DNA of 64,000 nucleotides from Patescibacteria group bacterium (GCA_028716045.1 JAQUQO010000001.1:632961-696960); one strand, 5' to 3'; positions 1 to 10,877 are shown, counted from the first letter of the stretch. Numbers and translations: made by a program. The notes: generated from the letters alone by a model not told the origin.

Positions 1-1
1 G

Positions 2-691
2 TTTTTTATCCAGCGGCAGAGTGCCATTCTTGAAGGCCGACCTTATGTCAGCCAATGCCACTTGCATGGCGCGCATTTTAAAAGTAGCTTTAAAAACTTC
101 CTCGGTCTTTTCTTCAACTGTCCATATGCCGAGAGTTTCAATGTCCCCCTGGGTCTTATCTATCTTGCTTTGGAGTTCACTAATGGCATCGTCTATCATT
201 ATGGGGTAAAATCTTTTGTTTTCCTTTTCCATCTCTTCTTTTTTGTTCCAGACCCACTGATAAACTTTAAAAAAATATTCGGGCTCACTGGCTTTTACCG
301 CAATCATATATTGCTTTGACGTGCTCGGCTTTACTTCTTTAAGATTCTCACAAACGGTTGTCTTTGGAATTGAGTCAGGATTAGAAGGAGGGAGTTGACT
401 GCCAGACAACAACAACTCATCGGGTATTTGGTTTAGAGAAGAGACTGGTCTTACGTTTTCCGAAAAAAAATTAGCTGTCGCTTTCTCTTTTTCAAATTCT
501 TCCTTTTCTTCCTCAAACTTCAGCTGTTCATCATACAATTTTTTCTCTTTATCTTCTAGATTCTGCTCCAATTTTTTTAACCGCTCCTCCCATTTACAAA
601 AATAGATAAGCAGTTTTTCCATTTTCTCCCCGAACTCTTTTTCTAAAGCCGCTAGGACGGCTTCAATGCTGACTTCTTCTTTCTTTGCCAT
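2..691 (-). CDS. hypothetical coiled-coil protein, 3' end runs off the window
   Basis: Read manually: ATG at 691 preceded by AAAAGGAGG, frame open to the window edge (MAKKEEVSIEAVLAALEKEFGEK...), Glu/Lys-rich; TTGACA(777-782)-17-TAAAAT promoter upstream. Confidence 0.7.
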   Translation of the reverse strand, partial: MAKKEEVSIEAVLAALEKEFGEKMEKLLIYFCKWEERLKKLEQNLEDKEKKLYDEQLKFEEEKEEFEKEKATANFFSENVRPVSSLNQIPDELLLSGSQLPPSNPDSIPKTTVCENLKEVKPSTSKQYMIAVKASEPEYFFKVYQWVWNKKEEMEKENKRFYPIMIDDAISELQSKIDKTQGDIETLGIWTVEEKTEEVFKATFKMRAMQVALADIRSAFKNGTLPLDKK

Positions 692-849
692 CTTAGAAGC
701 CCTCCTTTTAGCTTGTTTTTGTTAATTTAATTGTCAAAAAACTCTATCGTTTTATTTTAGCACAAAATTTTACCCTTGTCAAGATTTCCTTTATATTATA
801 TAATAAGAGAAATCGTCAAAATTATACTGGCAATCTTAAGATTAATCTT

Positions 850-931
850 GGACCCGTGGTGCCTGCCCCGCCGTGACGGGGTCGCGGTTAATCCCGAGTG
901 CTCGGGAACACCGAGAAGATAGAGGGTTCAA
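850..931 (+). pseudogene. degenerate tRNA-Asp copy interrupted by two palindromes
   Basis: GGACCCGTGGTG, GCGGTTA and GAGAAGAT.GAGGGTTC match the tRNA-Asp at 966, separated by CCTGCCCCGCCGTGACGGGG and ATCCCGAGTGCTCGGGA. Confidence 0.8.
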
Positions 932-965
932 GAAATGAAAAGTTGAGAATTAATAGCCCATTCTT

Positions 966-1041
966 GGACCCGTGGTGTAGCGGTTAACATGTCTCCCTGT
1001 CACGGAGAAGATCGAGGGTTCGAATCCCTTCGGGTCCGCCA
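966..1041 (+). tRNA. tRNA-Asp(GTC)
   Basis: GGACCCG/CGGGTCC acceptor stem, anticodon loop CT-GTC-AC, GGTTCGAATCC T-arm, encoded CCA. Confidence 0.97.
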
Positions 1042-1042
1042 A

Positions 1043-1079
1043 AAACAACCAACAACTAACAACTGATAACTAACAACTT
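1043..1079. repeat. degenerate heptamer tandem repeat (AACAACT-like)
   Basis: aacaacc aacaact aacaact gataact aacaact directly after tRNA-Asp. Confidence 0.75.
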
Positions 1080-1163
1080 ATGGGCAAAAGCCGAAAGAAG
1101 AAAAATCCTAGCATTGGGGCTAAACTGCCGAAATTAAAAAAGAATAGCCGAAGATACAGATAA
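1080..1163 (+). CDS. putative 27-aa very basic peptide
   Basis: ATG..TAA reading MGKSRKKKNPSIGAKLPKLKKNSRRYR, between tRNA-Asp and a terminator. Confidence 0.45.
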   Translation: MGKSRKKKNPSIGAKLPKLKKNSRRYR

Positions 1164-1166
1164 AAA

Positions 1167-1195
1167 ATTCCCCGATATTTTCGGGGGTTTTTTAT
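1167..1195 (+). terminator. intrinsic terminator
   Basis: CCCCGA-tattt-TCGGGG hairpin followed by a T run. Confidence 0.7.
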
Positions 1196-1237
1196 TTATC
1201 CCAATCTTGTTATAATAAAGTCAACAACAATTTTTCT

Positions 1238-2119
1238 ATGATTAACTTAAATCAACCGCTATATATTCTGCCGTTTGACCATCGTTCCTCTTTTTATAGT
1301 TCTCTGCTTGGCCTAAAAAAACCGCTCAACAAAAAAGAAAAAAAATTGGTGGCGGATTACAAAGAAATCGTCTTTGACGGTTTTAAAAAAATTTACCAAG
1401 AATATCCAAATAAAAAAAATTTGGGCATACTTATTGATGAAGAATTCGGCGGAAAAATCATCGCCGAATGCCGGAAGAAAAAAATCAATTTCGCCCTAGC
1501 CACGGAAAAAAGCGGACAGGAAATTTTTGATTTTGAATACGGCTCAAATTTCAAAAAACACCTCAAAAAAATCAAACCGACTTTTGCCAAGGCGCTGGTG
1601 CGCTATAATCCGGCTAATAAAAAAATCAACGCGGAGCAAAGAAAAAAACTTAAAGCCCTACATTCGTTCTGTAAAAAAATAAAACTGCCGCTTATCATAG
1701 AGCTCCTTATTGTCCCGACAAAAAATGAACAAACTAAATATAAAAAATCTTTTGACGCTAAAATCCGCCCGCGATTAATCGTCAAAACCATCGGGGAATT
1801 TTATCAAAACGGAATCTCGCCGGAAATCTGGAAATTGGAAGCGATGGAAAAAAAATCCGACTGGCCGAAAATAATCCAAACTATCAAACCAAATTCTAAA
1901 ATAATCGTTCTCGGCCGCGGGGAAAGTTCGGCGAAAGTTAATCGCTGGTTAAAAATCGCCGCTCCGTTTAAAACAAACCTCGGCTTTGCGGTTGGTCGCA
2001 CGGTATTTTTTAAACCACTGAAAGAATATCGCGACGGTAAGATTAAAAAAGTTAGAGCTATTTCTTTAATCGCCCATAACTTTGGAGAATTAATTAAGTT
2101 ATGGGAAAAATACTCATAA
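1238..2119 (+). CDS. DUF2090 / IolC C-terminal-like class I aldolase domain protein
   Basis: LYILPFDHR, EKSGQ..F.FEYG, KALVRYNP, WKLE, VLGRG, GFAVGRTVF motifs. Confidence 0.85.
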   Translation: MINLNQPLYILPFDHRSSFYSSLLGLKKPLNKKEKKLVADYKEIVFDGFKKIYQEYPNKKNLGILIDEEFGGKIIAECRKKKINFALATEKSGQEIFDFEYGSNFKKHLKKIKPTFAKALVRYNPANKKINAEQRKKLKALHSFCKKIKLPLIIELLIVPTKNEQTKYKKSFDAKIRPRLIVKTIGEFYQNGISPEIWKLEAMEKKSDWPKIIQTIKPNSKIIVLGRGESSAKVNRWLKIAAPFKTNLGFAVGRTVFFKPLKEYRDGKIKKVRAISLIAHNFGELIKLWEKYS

Positions 2120-2152
2120 ATTTATTCTAATTTTTTCTAAATCAACTCTATT

Positions 2153-2188
2153 AAAAAATCCCCGACTATTTCGGGGATTTTTGTTTTT
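2153..2188. terminator. bidirectional terminator between convergent genes
   Basis: AAAAATCCCCGA-ctatt-TCGGGGATTTTT. Confidence 0.75.
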
Positions 2189-2198
2189 ACGAAAATGA

Positions 2199-2963
2199 CT
2201 ATTCAAATAATTCGTACATTTTTTTAATCGCTTTCTTCTGGGCTCCGCTGCCTTCGGGAGCGCGGTCATAAGCTGTTTGGGCTCCTTCAGCGGTAGCAGC
2301 ATCTTTAACCTCTTTTAACGAAAGCTTATTCCACTTAACCAGGGCTTTCTTTCCTGCTTCGCTGTCGTTGGGAGCTCTGCAGTAAGCTTCTCGGGCTTCT
2401 TCAACGGTAGTAATTTCTTCAACCTTTTTTAACGAAAACTTGTTCCACTTGACCCGGGCTTTCTTTTGTGCTTCGCTGTTGGCGAGAGCTCTGCAGTAAG
2501 CTTCTCGGGCTTCTTCAACAGTAGCAGCATCTTTAACCTCTTTTAACGAAAGCTCGTTCCACTTGACCCGGGCTTTCTTTTGTGCTTCGCTGTTGGCGAG
2601 AGCTCTGCAGTAAGCTTCTCGGGCTTCTTCAACAGTAGCAGCATCTTTAACCTCTTTTAACGAAAGCTTATTCCACTTAACCAGGGCTTTCTTTCCTGCT
2701 TCGCTGTCGTTGGGAGCTCTGTCGTAATAAGCTTTTCGGGCTTCTTCAACGGTAGTAATTTCTTCAACCTTTTTTAACGAAAGCTCGTTCCACTTGGCCA
2801 AGGCTTTTTGTGCTTCGCTGTCGTTGGAAACTCTGTAGTAAGCTTCTCGGGCTTCTTCAACGGTAGTAATTTCTTCAATACCAAGCACTTTCTTAATTTC
2901 AGCGAGAGGTATCCCGGTCTTTTGGCTCAATCTCTCTGCCTTTTTCACATCAAACCGTTTCAT
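2199..2963 (-). CDS. tandem helical-repeat protein (about six 37-39 aa units)
   Basis: Repeated TVEEAREAYxRAxxxSEAxKKAxVKWNxLSLKxV; AGGAGG RBS; TTGACA(3060-3065)-17-TATAGT promoter. Confidence 0.85.
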   Translation of the reverse strand: MKRFDVKKAERLSQKTGIPLAEIKKVLGIEEITTVEEAREAYYRVSNDSEAQKALAKWNELSLKKVEEITTVEEARKAYYDRAPNDSEAGKKALVKWNKLSLKEVKDAATVEEAREAYCRALANSEAQKKARVKWNELSLKEVKDAATVEEAREAYCRALANSEAQKKARVKWNKFSLKKVEEITTVEEAREAYCRAPNDSEAGKKALVKWNKLSLKEVKDAATAEGAQTAYDRAPEGSGAQKKAIKKMYELFE

Positions 2964-3093
2964 TTTGTTTCCTCCTATGTTTAATTGATTATTATTATTA
3001 AAAAGTGCTATAACTATTCAAACTAGTTAGTTAGCAACTATAACACAAACTCTAAAATATGTCAAGCCCAATGGTATATTTATTAATATAAAA

Positions 3094-3122
3094 GTAGAGA
3101 CGCGGCAATGCCCCGTCTCTAC
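3094..3122. repeat. GTAG-type REP-like palindrome
   Basis: GTAGAGACG-CGGCAATGCCC-CGTCTCTAC. Confidence 0.7.
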
Positions 3123-3150
3123 TGCGATAAAATATAATTTTCAATATAAT

Positions 3151-4731
3151 CTACTCCAACAAATTTGTGCCTGTCATTTCTTTGGCCAAGGGCAAGCCGA
3201 TTTGGGAAAGCAGAGTCGGCGCCACATCGGAAAGAACACCAATCGGAGAATTGACCGAAAGGTCTTTGCTTTCCGCCGGTAAAATTATTTTCCCTTCGTG
3301 TTTACTGCTGACGGTGATAAACGGCACAGGATAGACGCTATGTTCCTTATCCGGCTTTTGGGTTTGTAAATTAACCAATTCCTCGGCATTACCATGGTCG
3401 CCGACAATAAACACTATTCCTCCCCTACCCACCGCTTCACTCACCACCCGTTCAACGCATTTGTCCACCGTTTCTATGGCTTTAATCGTTGCCGCTAAAT
3501 TGCCGGTATGGCCGACCATATCCGGATTAGCATAATTAATCGCGATAAAATCATATTTATCTGCTTTGATGGCTTTAACGAGATTATCGGTCACTTCCAC
3601 GGCGGACATCTCTGGCTGGGTGTCATAATTCGTTACTGCCGGAGAAGGAATCAAAATTCTTTCTTCGCCGGCAAATTTCTCTTCTTGCAGGCCATTGAGG
3701 AAAAAAGTAACGTGGGCATACTTTTCGGTTTCGGCAATGTGCAGCTGCTTTAACTTATGGTCGCTGAAAATCTTAGCCAAAGGATTTTTGATAATTTGCG
3801 GCAGAAAAACGACTTCCACGGGCAAACCCTTTTTATATTCCACAAAGGTAACAAAGGTCAGGCCTTTCAAAAATTCTTTTTCAAATTCTTTAAATTCCGG
3901 CTCCACAAACGTTTCGGTTAATTGGCGGGCGCGGTCGGCGCGGTAGTTAAAAAATATTACCGCGTCATTTTTATCAATGGTCGCCAAAGGATTATCTTTA
4001 CGGTCGGTGATAACAACCGGAACAAATTCCTCATCAAAAACTTCATTTTTATAGGACTCTTCAATGGCTTTAAGGGGGTCGTTGATTTTTTTCTCGGCTT
4101 CGCCCAAAGCAATGGCCCGGTAGGCCTTTTCAATTCTATCCCAATTGCTGTTTCTATCCATAGCGTAAAAGCGGCCGGAAACAGAAGCCACTTCGGCTTT
4201 GACTTTTTTGGCCTGGCCTAAAATTTCCTTCATAAATCCTTTGCCAGAATCTTTGGCGCTGTCGCGGCCATCCAAAAAAGCATGGATAAACACTTTGCCT
4301 TTCAATTTATTTTTTTTACAAAAATCCAGAAGTGCGTAAAGATGCCTTTGGTGAGCGTGGACGCCGCCGTTGCCGATTAACCCCAAAAGATGGAGTTTGG
4401 AATCGTGCTTTTTAACTTTCTCCACCGCTTTCATTAAATTGGGCTCTTTGAAAAAATCTCCGGATTCAATGGATTTGTCAATGCGCGGCAAACTTTGGTA
4501 AAGCAATGCCCCGGAACCGATATTAACATGGCCCACTTCAGAATTGCCCACTTCTCCCCAAGGCAAGCCCACATTAAGGCCCGCAGCCTCAAGCAGCATG
4601 GTGGGATAATTTTTAATCAACTTATCTAAAAAGGGCGTCTGGGCCGACCAAACGGCGTTGGTTTTATCAGGCGGAGCAATGCCAAATCCGTCCAAAATCA
4701 TGAGAACCGCCGGCTTAAACTTCAAACCCAT
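3151..4731 (-). CDS. gpmI: 2,3-bisphosphoglycerate-independent phosphoglycerate mutase
   Basis: ILDGFG, GNSEVGH, LDGRD, GRFYAMDR, AETEKYAHVTFF, NPDMVGHTG, DHGNAE. Confidence 0.97.
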   Translation of the reverse strand: MGLKFKPAVLMILDGFGIAPPDKTNAVWSAQTPFLDKLIKNYPTMLLEAAGLNVGLPWGEVGNSEVGHVNIGSGALLYQSLPRIDKSIESGDFFKEPNLMKAVEKVKKHDSKLHLLGLIGNGGVHAHQRHLYALLDFCKKNKLKGKVFIHAFLDGRDSAKDSGKGFMKEILGQAKKVKAEVASVSGRFYAMDRNSNWDRIEKAYRAIALGEAEKKINDPLKAIEESYKNEVFDEEFVPVVITDRKDNPLATIDKNDAVIFFNYRADRARQLTETFVEPEFKEFEKEFLKGLTFVTFVEYKKGLPVEVVFLPQIIKNPLAKIFSDHKLKQLHIAETEKYAHVTFFLNGLQEEKFAGEERILIPSPAVTNYDTQPEMSAVEVTDNLVKAIKADKYDFIAINYANPDMVGHTGNLAATIKAIETVDKCVERVVSEAVGRGGIVFIVGDHGNAEELVNLQTQKPDKEHSVYPVPFITVSSKHEGKIILPAESKDLSVNSPIGVLSDVAPTLLSQIGLPLAKEMTGTNLLE

Positions 4732-4743
4732 ATATATATAAAA

Positions 4744-4977
4744 TTATTTTTTAAACTTGGAAAAAATATCCCCTATCTTTTTGTCGGTCTCTTCCAAATC
4801 AGTTACAATTTGTTTCTTCTTATAATCATCCGCTTCTTTTTCATAATTTACCACCAACATATTGCGGTCATAGATAATATTGGTCACCGCCGGCAAAATC
4901 TTCATTTTTAAATCAGGGTCTTTGATGTTATGTTCTTTAAAATATTGCTCAATTGATTTTTGCTCTAATTTTGGCAT
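4744..4977 (-). CDS. hypothetical protein
   Basis: 77-aa ORF directly upstream of gpmI, same strand. Confidence 0.7.
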   Translation of the reverse strand: MPKLEQKSIEQYFKEHNIKDPDLKMKILPAVTNIIYDRNMLVVNYEKEADDYKKKQIVTDLEETDKKIGDIFSKFKK

Positions 4978-5028
4978 AAGTGATATTTATTTGTCTTTCT
5001 TTAATTATACCTGAATTTTGACCAAAAG

Positions 5029-5058
5029 AAAAAGCCCCAAGCAGTTGCTTGGGGCTTT
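5029..5058 (-). terminator. intrinsic terminator
   Basis: AAAGCCCCAAGC-agtt-GCTTGGGGCTTT. Confidence 0.7.
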
Positions 5059-5067
5059 AAAGCCGAA

Positions 5068-5349
5068 TTAATTAGTTTTCGGCCAGTCATTGATGAGCGT
5101 TTGGAGAGCGTCAAGGGGTTTTTCGAGCTTAAACTTATTTCTTTTAAGTCCTAGCCCTTTTGCCCGAGGTGGCGAGATAATAAGCCACCACTGGCCGGCT
5201 CCATCGGGAGCTAACATACAAGGCCCCTTGATTTTTTCCTGAATCTCTTCCTTCATTTGGCGAATTTTTGTTGCCTCGGAAATTTCTTTCTTTCCCGCTT
5301 TTTTCTTCTTGCCCTTACTCTCCGGCGAGCGCTCAAGTTCTACTGTCAT
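5068..5349 (-). CDS. hypothetical protein
   Basis: 93-aa ORF with GGAGG RBS, own TTGACA promoter (5424-5429) and terminator. Confidence 0.65.
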   Translation of the reverse strand: MTVELERSPESKGKKKKAGKKEISEATKIRQMKEEIQEKIKGPCMLAPDGAGQWWLIISPPRAKGLGLKRNKFKLEKPLDALQTLINDWPKTN

Positions 5350-5469
5350 TCGTTTTACCTCCGTTTTTGGTTAAAACATTTTTCAAGAGACACAAAAAAC
5401 ATCCTACTACAAACCCTAAAATATGTCAATTATTATTACTGAAAACCATTAAAATCCCTTCAAAATCGG

Positions 5470-6912
5470 CTATTGAATAGTTTTAATGCCTATTAAATTA
5501 ACGTTTCCCGAAATGCCCATGTGCTCGCCGCTTAAAATCATAATCTTATCTCCCTTTTTCATCTGGCGATTCTTTTTCAAATATCCAATGGCTTTAACCG
5601 TGAATTCTTCTAAACTGCGGCATTTTGGTAAGACAAAAGGAATTACGCTATAAGATAAATTCAGTTGCCTCATTACCCTCTCGGAATTTGTGGCGACAAA
5701 AATCGGAAGTTCAGAACGATGGCGCGCCAAAAGCCGCGCGGTATTGCCGGTCAGCGACGCGGCTAAAATTAATTTAATATCCAAGGTGTGCGATAAAATC
5801 GCGGCAACGTTGCTTAGAGCTTCACTTACCGTATTATCTTCTTTTCCTTTTGATTCATATTCCAACAAATCATCATACTGCGAGTCCTCGGTTTCACCGG
5901 CTATTTTAGACATCATCCGTACCGCTTCCACCGGATATTTGCCCATCGCCGATTCGCCGGAAAGCATAATGGCATCAGTGTGGTCGATAACGGCGTTAGC
6001 CACGTCCGACACTTCGGCGCGAGTCGGCCGCGGATTGCGCATCATGGAATCCAGCATCTGGGTGGCGACAATCACGGGCTTGGCGGCCTGCAAACATTTT
6101 TTGATAATCATTTTTTGGAGCAAGGGCACGTCCTCGGCCGGCGTTTCAATTCCTAAATCGCCGCGCGCTATCATTACCGCGTCAGCCGCGGCGATTATTT
6201 CATTTATATTTCTAATCGCCTCGTGTTTTTCTATTTTTACCACTATTTTAAGCGGCGGCTGATTTTTTATTTTTAATTCCTTTTCATATTTTTCTATCAA
6301 ACGGCGCAGGGCGAAAATATCCTTGGCAGTTTTGACAAAAGACAAGGCAATAAAATCCACGCCCGTCTTCACGCCGAACCGAGCGTCGGCGGCGTCTTTT
6401 TTAGTAATCGCCGGAATTGATAAACTGGCGTTGGGCAAATTAATTCCTTTGTGAGAAATTAAAGTGCCGCCGACAATGACTTCGCAAAAGATGTCCTGCC
6501 CGCTGACTTTTAACACTTTCAATTCTAAGAGGCCGTCATCTAAAAGTAATGTCGTTCCGGGACGGACGTCCCGATGAAGTAATTTGTAATCAACCGGAAT
6601 TTTATTTTTTAAATTAGCTGAATTTAGATTGGTCGTCAAAACCACTTTTGAGCCCCTTCTCAAGATTACGCCCTTTTTAGGCAATCCGCCCACGCGGATT
6701 TTCGGGCCCTGTAAATCCTGGAGTGTGGCAATCGGCTGATTTAATTTTTTGGCCACTGTCCGGATATTTTTAATAAGCTGGGCGTGATTTTTATAAGTGC
6801 CGTGGGAAAAATTCAAACGCGCGACGTTCATCCCCGCTTTGACCATTTTTTCCAGAATTTGTATTTTTTCCGAGGCCGGACCGATGGTGCAGACAATCTT
6901 GGTGCGCTTCAT
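5470..6912 (-). CDS. pyk: pyruvate kinase
   Basis: RTKIVCTIGP, ARLNFSHG, DLQGPKIR, MIARGDLG, ATQMLDSM, PTRAEVSDVANA, MLSGESA. Confidence 0.98.
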   Translation of the reverse strand: MKRTKIVCTIGPASEKIQILEKMVKAGMNVARLNFSHGTYKNHAQLIKNIRTVAKKLNQPIATLQDLQGPKIRVGGLPKKGVILRRGSKVVLTTNLNSANLKNKIPVDYKLLHRDVRPGTTLLLDDGLLELKVLKVSGQDIFCEVIVGGTLISHKGINLPNASLSIPAITKKDAADARFGVKTGVDFIALSFVKTAKDIFALRRLIEKYEKELKIKNQPPLKIVVKIEKHEAIRNINEIIAAADAVMIARGDLGIETPAEDVPLLQKMIIKKCLQAAKPVIVATQMLDSMMRNPRPTRAEVSDVANAVIDHTDAIMLSGESAMGKYPVEAVRMMSKIAGETEDSQYDDLLEYESKGKEDNTVSEALSNVAAILSHTLDIKLILAASLTGNTARLLARHRSELPIFVATNSERVMRQLNLSYSVIPFVLPKCRSLEEFTVKAIGYLKKNRQMKKGDKIMILSGEHMGISGNVNLIGIKTIQ

Positions 6913-6921
6913 ATTTATTAA

Positions 6922-7248
6922 TTATAAATTGATTTTTTTGGCGTATTGGCCAAGAAACGGCAATTCCCAAGATTCGCCGGTTAAAGCTTTAATCAGGCCA
7001 ACAAGAGAGAAGATAACTAAAATAAAACTGCCGAAAATCGCGATAAGCCAGCCCAAAAAAGGAATCCAGCCCACCATCACTAAAAAAACCCAAGCCACAA
7101 AAAGCACCATACCTTGCTTGCCGTGAAATTGGCAAAACGGGCTGTCTTTTTTGGCTAAAAGCGGAATCAAAAATAAAATCCAAATATAGCCGATGGCGGC
7201 TAATACCTTATTGTCTTCAATGTCTTTGTTAATTGGCTGATTATCCAT
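6922..7248 (-). CDS. DUF4870-like membrane protein
   Basis: LAAIGY...KDSPFCQFHGKQG...WIPFLG...LPFLG pattern, three TM segments. Confidence 0.8.
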   Translation of the reverse strand: MDNQPINKDIEDNKVLAAIGYIWILFLIPLLAKKDSPFCQFHGKQGMVLFVAWVFLVMVGWIPFLGWLIAIFGSFILVIFSLVGLIKALTGESWELPFLGQYAKKINL

Positions 7249-7367
7249 AAATTTTGTTATTATTTATCTATTTTTTAAATTATATCATATTTAAAAATAA
7301 AAAACCACGGATTAGAAATAACCCGTGGTTAAGGGTAAGGTAATTTTAGTTAACGAAAGAAACGACT

Positions 7368-7601
7368 TTACCCCTCTTCTTCATAGCTATTTAGCCACTT
7401 TTGGAATTCTGGAGAATTGGTGTCATCAGAAGAATTTCCCTCTTGCAGGTTTTTTTGCCATTTTCCATACGATTCCACCATCTCTCTTTTTGTTTCGATA
7501 GAAAGGGGTTTAAGAATATCTTCGGAATTAGTATTGCAAGCACAGCCTTTAATTTTTTTAAACCTTTCTTCTACCTCCGCATCGGTTAATTTTCCCGCCA
7601 T
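7368..7601 (-). CDS. hypothetical protein (true start likely MAGKLTD)
   Basis: AGGAGG RBS before ATG at 7601; TTGACG-17-TATACT promoter; the longer ORF-track start overlaps the SPFH gene antisense. Confidence 0.7.
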   Translation of the reverse strand: MAGKLTDAEVEERFKKIKGCACNTNSEDILKPLSIETKREMVESYGKWQKNLQEGNSSDDTNSPEFQKWLNSYEEEG

Positions 7602-7745
7602 CTTAGTTCCTCCTATATTTGGGTTAAAATGAACTATTTTTCTATTTTTAGTATATCCCTTTGATAAATCAACGTCAACATCCTGCGGCTTGCCAGCGCT
7701 CGCCAATTCCCTTATAATAAAGTGGCTAATTAATAAATCAATTTT

Positions 7746-8495
7746 ATGGATGTATTTTTGTGGATTATTGCCATTATCGTCTTTATCATCCTCGTTTCCC
7801 TGCGCCAAATCAACCAATACCAACGGGGAGTTAAATTCCTTATGGGCAGATACCAGCGGACGGAAAATCCCGGCTGGCGCATCGTGATTCCGATTTTTCA
7901 GCAGATGAAGAAAGTTGATATGCGCGTTAAAGCCGTGGATGTGCCCAATCAGGAAGCTATTACTAAAGACAATGTTTCCTGCCAAATCAACGCCGTTATT
8001 TATTACAAGGTCTCCGATGCCGCCAAAGCCATTATTGAAGTGGAAAATTTTTACTACGCCGTATCGCAATTGGCGCAAACCACCATGAGAAATGTGGTGG
8101 GTGAAGTTGACCTTGACGAACTATTGTCGCAAAGAGAAAAAATCTCCCAGCGAATCAAGGAAATTGTTGATATGGCCTCCGACCCTTGGGGAATCAAAGT
8201 TGATAACGTGGAGCTAAAAGATATTTTGCTGCCGGAAGACATGAAACGCACCATCGCCAAACAGGCCGAGGCCGAGCGCGAAAAACGCGCGGTCATCATC
8301 AAGGCCGAAGGAGAAGTTCTTGCCGCTGAAAATATGTCCAAGGCCGCCAATATACTTTCTTCCGCCAATGGCGCCCTGCATTTGCGCACGCTCCAATCCA
8401 TTAACGACATCAGCTCTGACCAATCCAATACCGTGGTCTTTGCCGTGCCGCTGGAAATTTTAAGGGCTTTTGAAAAAATGGGTAAAAAAGAATAG
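7746..8495 (+). CDS. SPFH/Band-7 (slipin/stomatin-like) membrane protein
   Basis: N-terminal TM, VDMR, ITKDNV, QLAQTTMRNVVG, PWGIKV..VELKD, QAEAERE. Confidence 0.95.
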   Translation: MDVFLWIIAIIVFIILVSLRQINQYQRGVKFLMGRYQRTENPGWRIVIPIFQQMKKVDMRVKAVDVPNQEAITKDNVSCQINAVIYYKVSDAAKAIIEVENFYYAVSQLAQTTMRNVVGEVDLDELLSQREKISQRIKEIVDMASDPWGIKVDNVELKDILLPEDMKRTIAKQAEAEREKRAVIIKAEGEVLAAENMSKAANILSSANGALHLRTLQSINDISSDQSNTVVFAVPLEILRAFEKMGKKE

Positions 8496-8513
8496 TTTTC
8501 TCCGATTAAAATA

Positions 8514-8551
8514 AAAATAGGCGAGGTCGCACGACCTCGCCTATTTTTTTT
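8514..8551. terminator. bidirectional terminator
   Basis: AAAATAGGCGAGGTCG-ca-CGACCTCGCCTATTTT between convergent SPFH and groL. Confidence 0.8.
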
Positions 8552-8575
8552 ATTCTAAATTCTAGATTCCTAATT

Positions 8576-10252
<1,677 letters not shown>

Positions 10253-10346
10253 TTATTTTTAACTACTAAATTTAGTAAAGATATATTTTTTATTAATTTT
10301 AAATTCGCTTCTTGTTCGCTTTTAATTCATTTAACATTCGCAATCA

Positions 10347-10637
10347 TTATTCTATTACCGCTAAAATATCGCTTTCAGCGAGAATTAAAAAAGTTTCTTT
10401 CTCAATTTTCACTTCGTCCGGAGAATACTTCTTAAACATTACCTTATCACCAACTTTAACCTGTAGCGGCGCGCGGTTGCCGTTATCCAATAATTTACCG
10501 GGGCCGACAGCGATAATCTCGCCCTTTTCCGGTTTTTCCTTTTCCACGGTGTCTGGCAAAACAATCCCGCTCTTGGTGGTCTCCTCCTCGTTTAGAGGTT
10601 TAACGATTAAGTGGTCATTTAATGGTTTTAACTTCAT
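10347..10637 (-). CDS. groS: co-chaperonin GroES
   Basis: LKPLND, TKSGIVLPD, AVGPG, VKVGDKV, ESDILA; upstream of groL. Confidence 0.98.
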   Translation of the reverse strand: MKLKPLNDHLIVKPLNEEETTKSGIVLPDTVEKEKPEKGEIIAVGPGKLLDNGNRAPLQVKVGDKVMFKKYSPDEVKIEKETFLILAESDILAVIE

Positions 10638-10712
10638 ATTTTTTAACTCCCTTGCCCCCTCACCACGGCGAGATAGGCAAATTATTTATTTTAAACTATT
10701 ATGGTGTATCTT

Positions 10713-10739
10713 TTGGCACTCTGCCAATAGGAGTGCTAA
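10713..10739 (-). promoter_or_regulatory. CIRCE element (HrcA operator)
   Basis: Minus strand TTAGCACTC-N9-GAGTGCCAA, one mismatch to consensus, upstream of groES. Confidence 0.9.
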
Positions 10740-10757
10740 TTTATAACCGGTTCATAC

Positions 10758-10786
10758 ATTCTATAAGATATCGGCGGGCTTGTCAA
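10758..10786 (-). promoter_or_regulatory. sigma70-type promoter of groESL
   Basis: TTGACA-17 nt-TAGAAT on the minus strand just upstream of CIRCE. Confidence 0.75.
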
Positions 10787-10877
10787 TACCCATATTACCC
10801 CTTTAAATCCCCGACGGTTTGTTCAATAAAAAAAACCGCTCCGAAATAATATCGGAACGGTTGTAGATAAAAATTGA

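Noticed and set aside
2199-2876. CRISPR array
   Set aside because: The repeats are contiguous 114-nt coding units without unique spacers, and no cas genes are present.
7602-8078. N-terminal extension of the 236-aa ORF 7368-8078
   Set aside because: It is antisense to the SPFH gene; the RBS and promoter point to the ATG at 7601.
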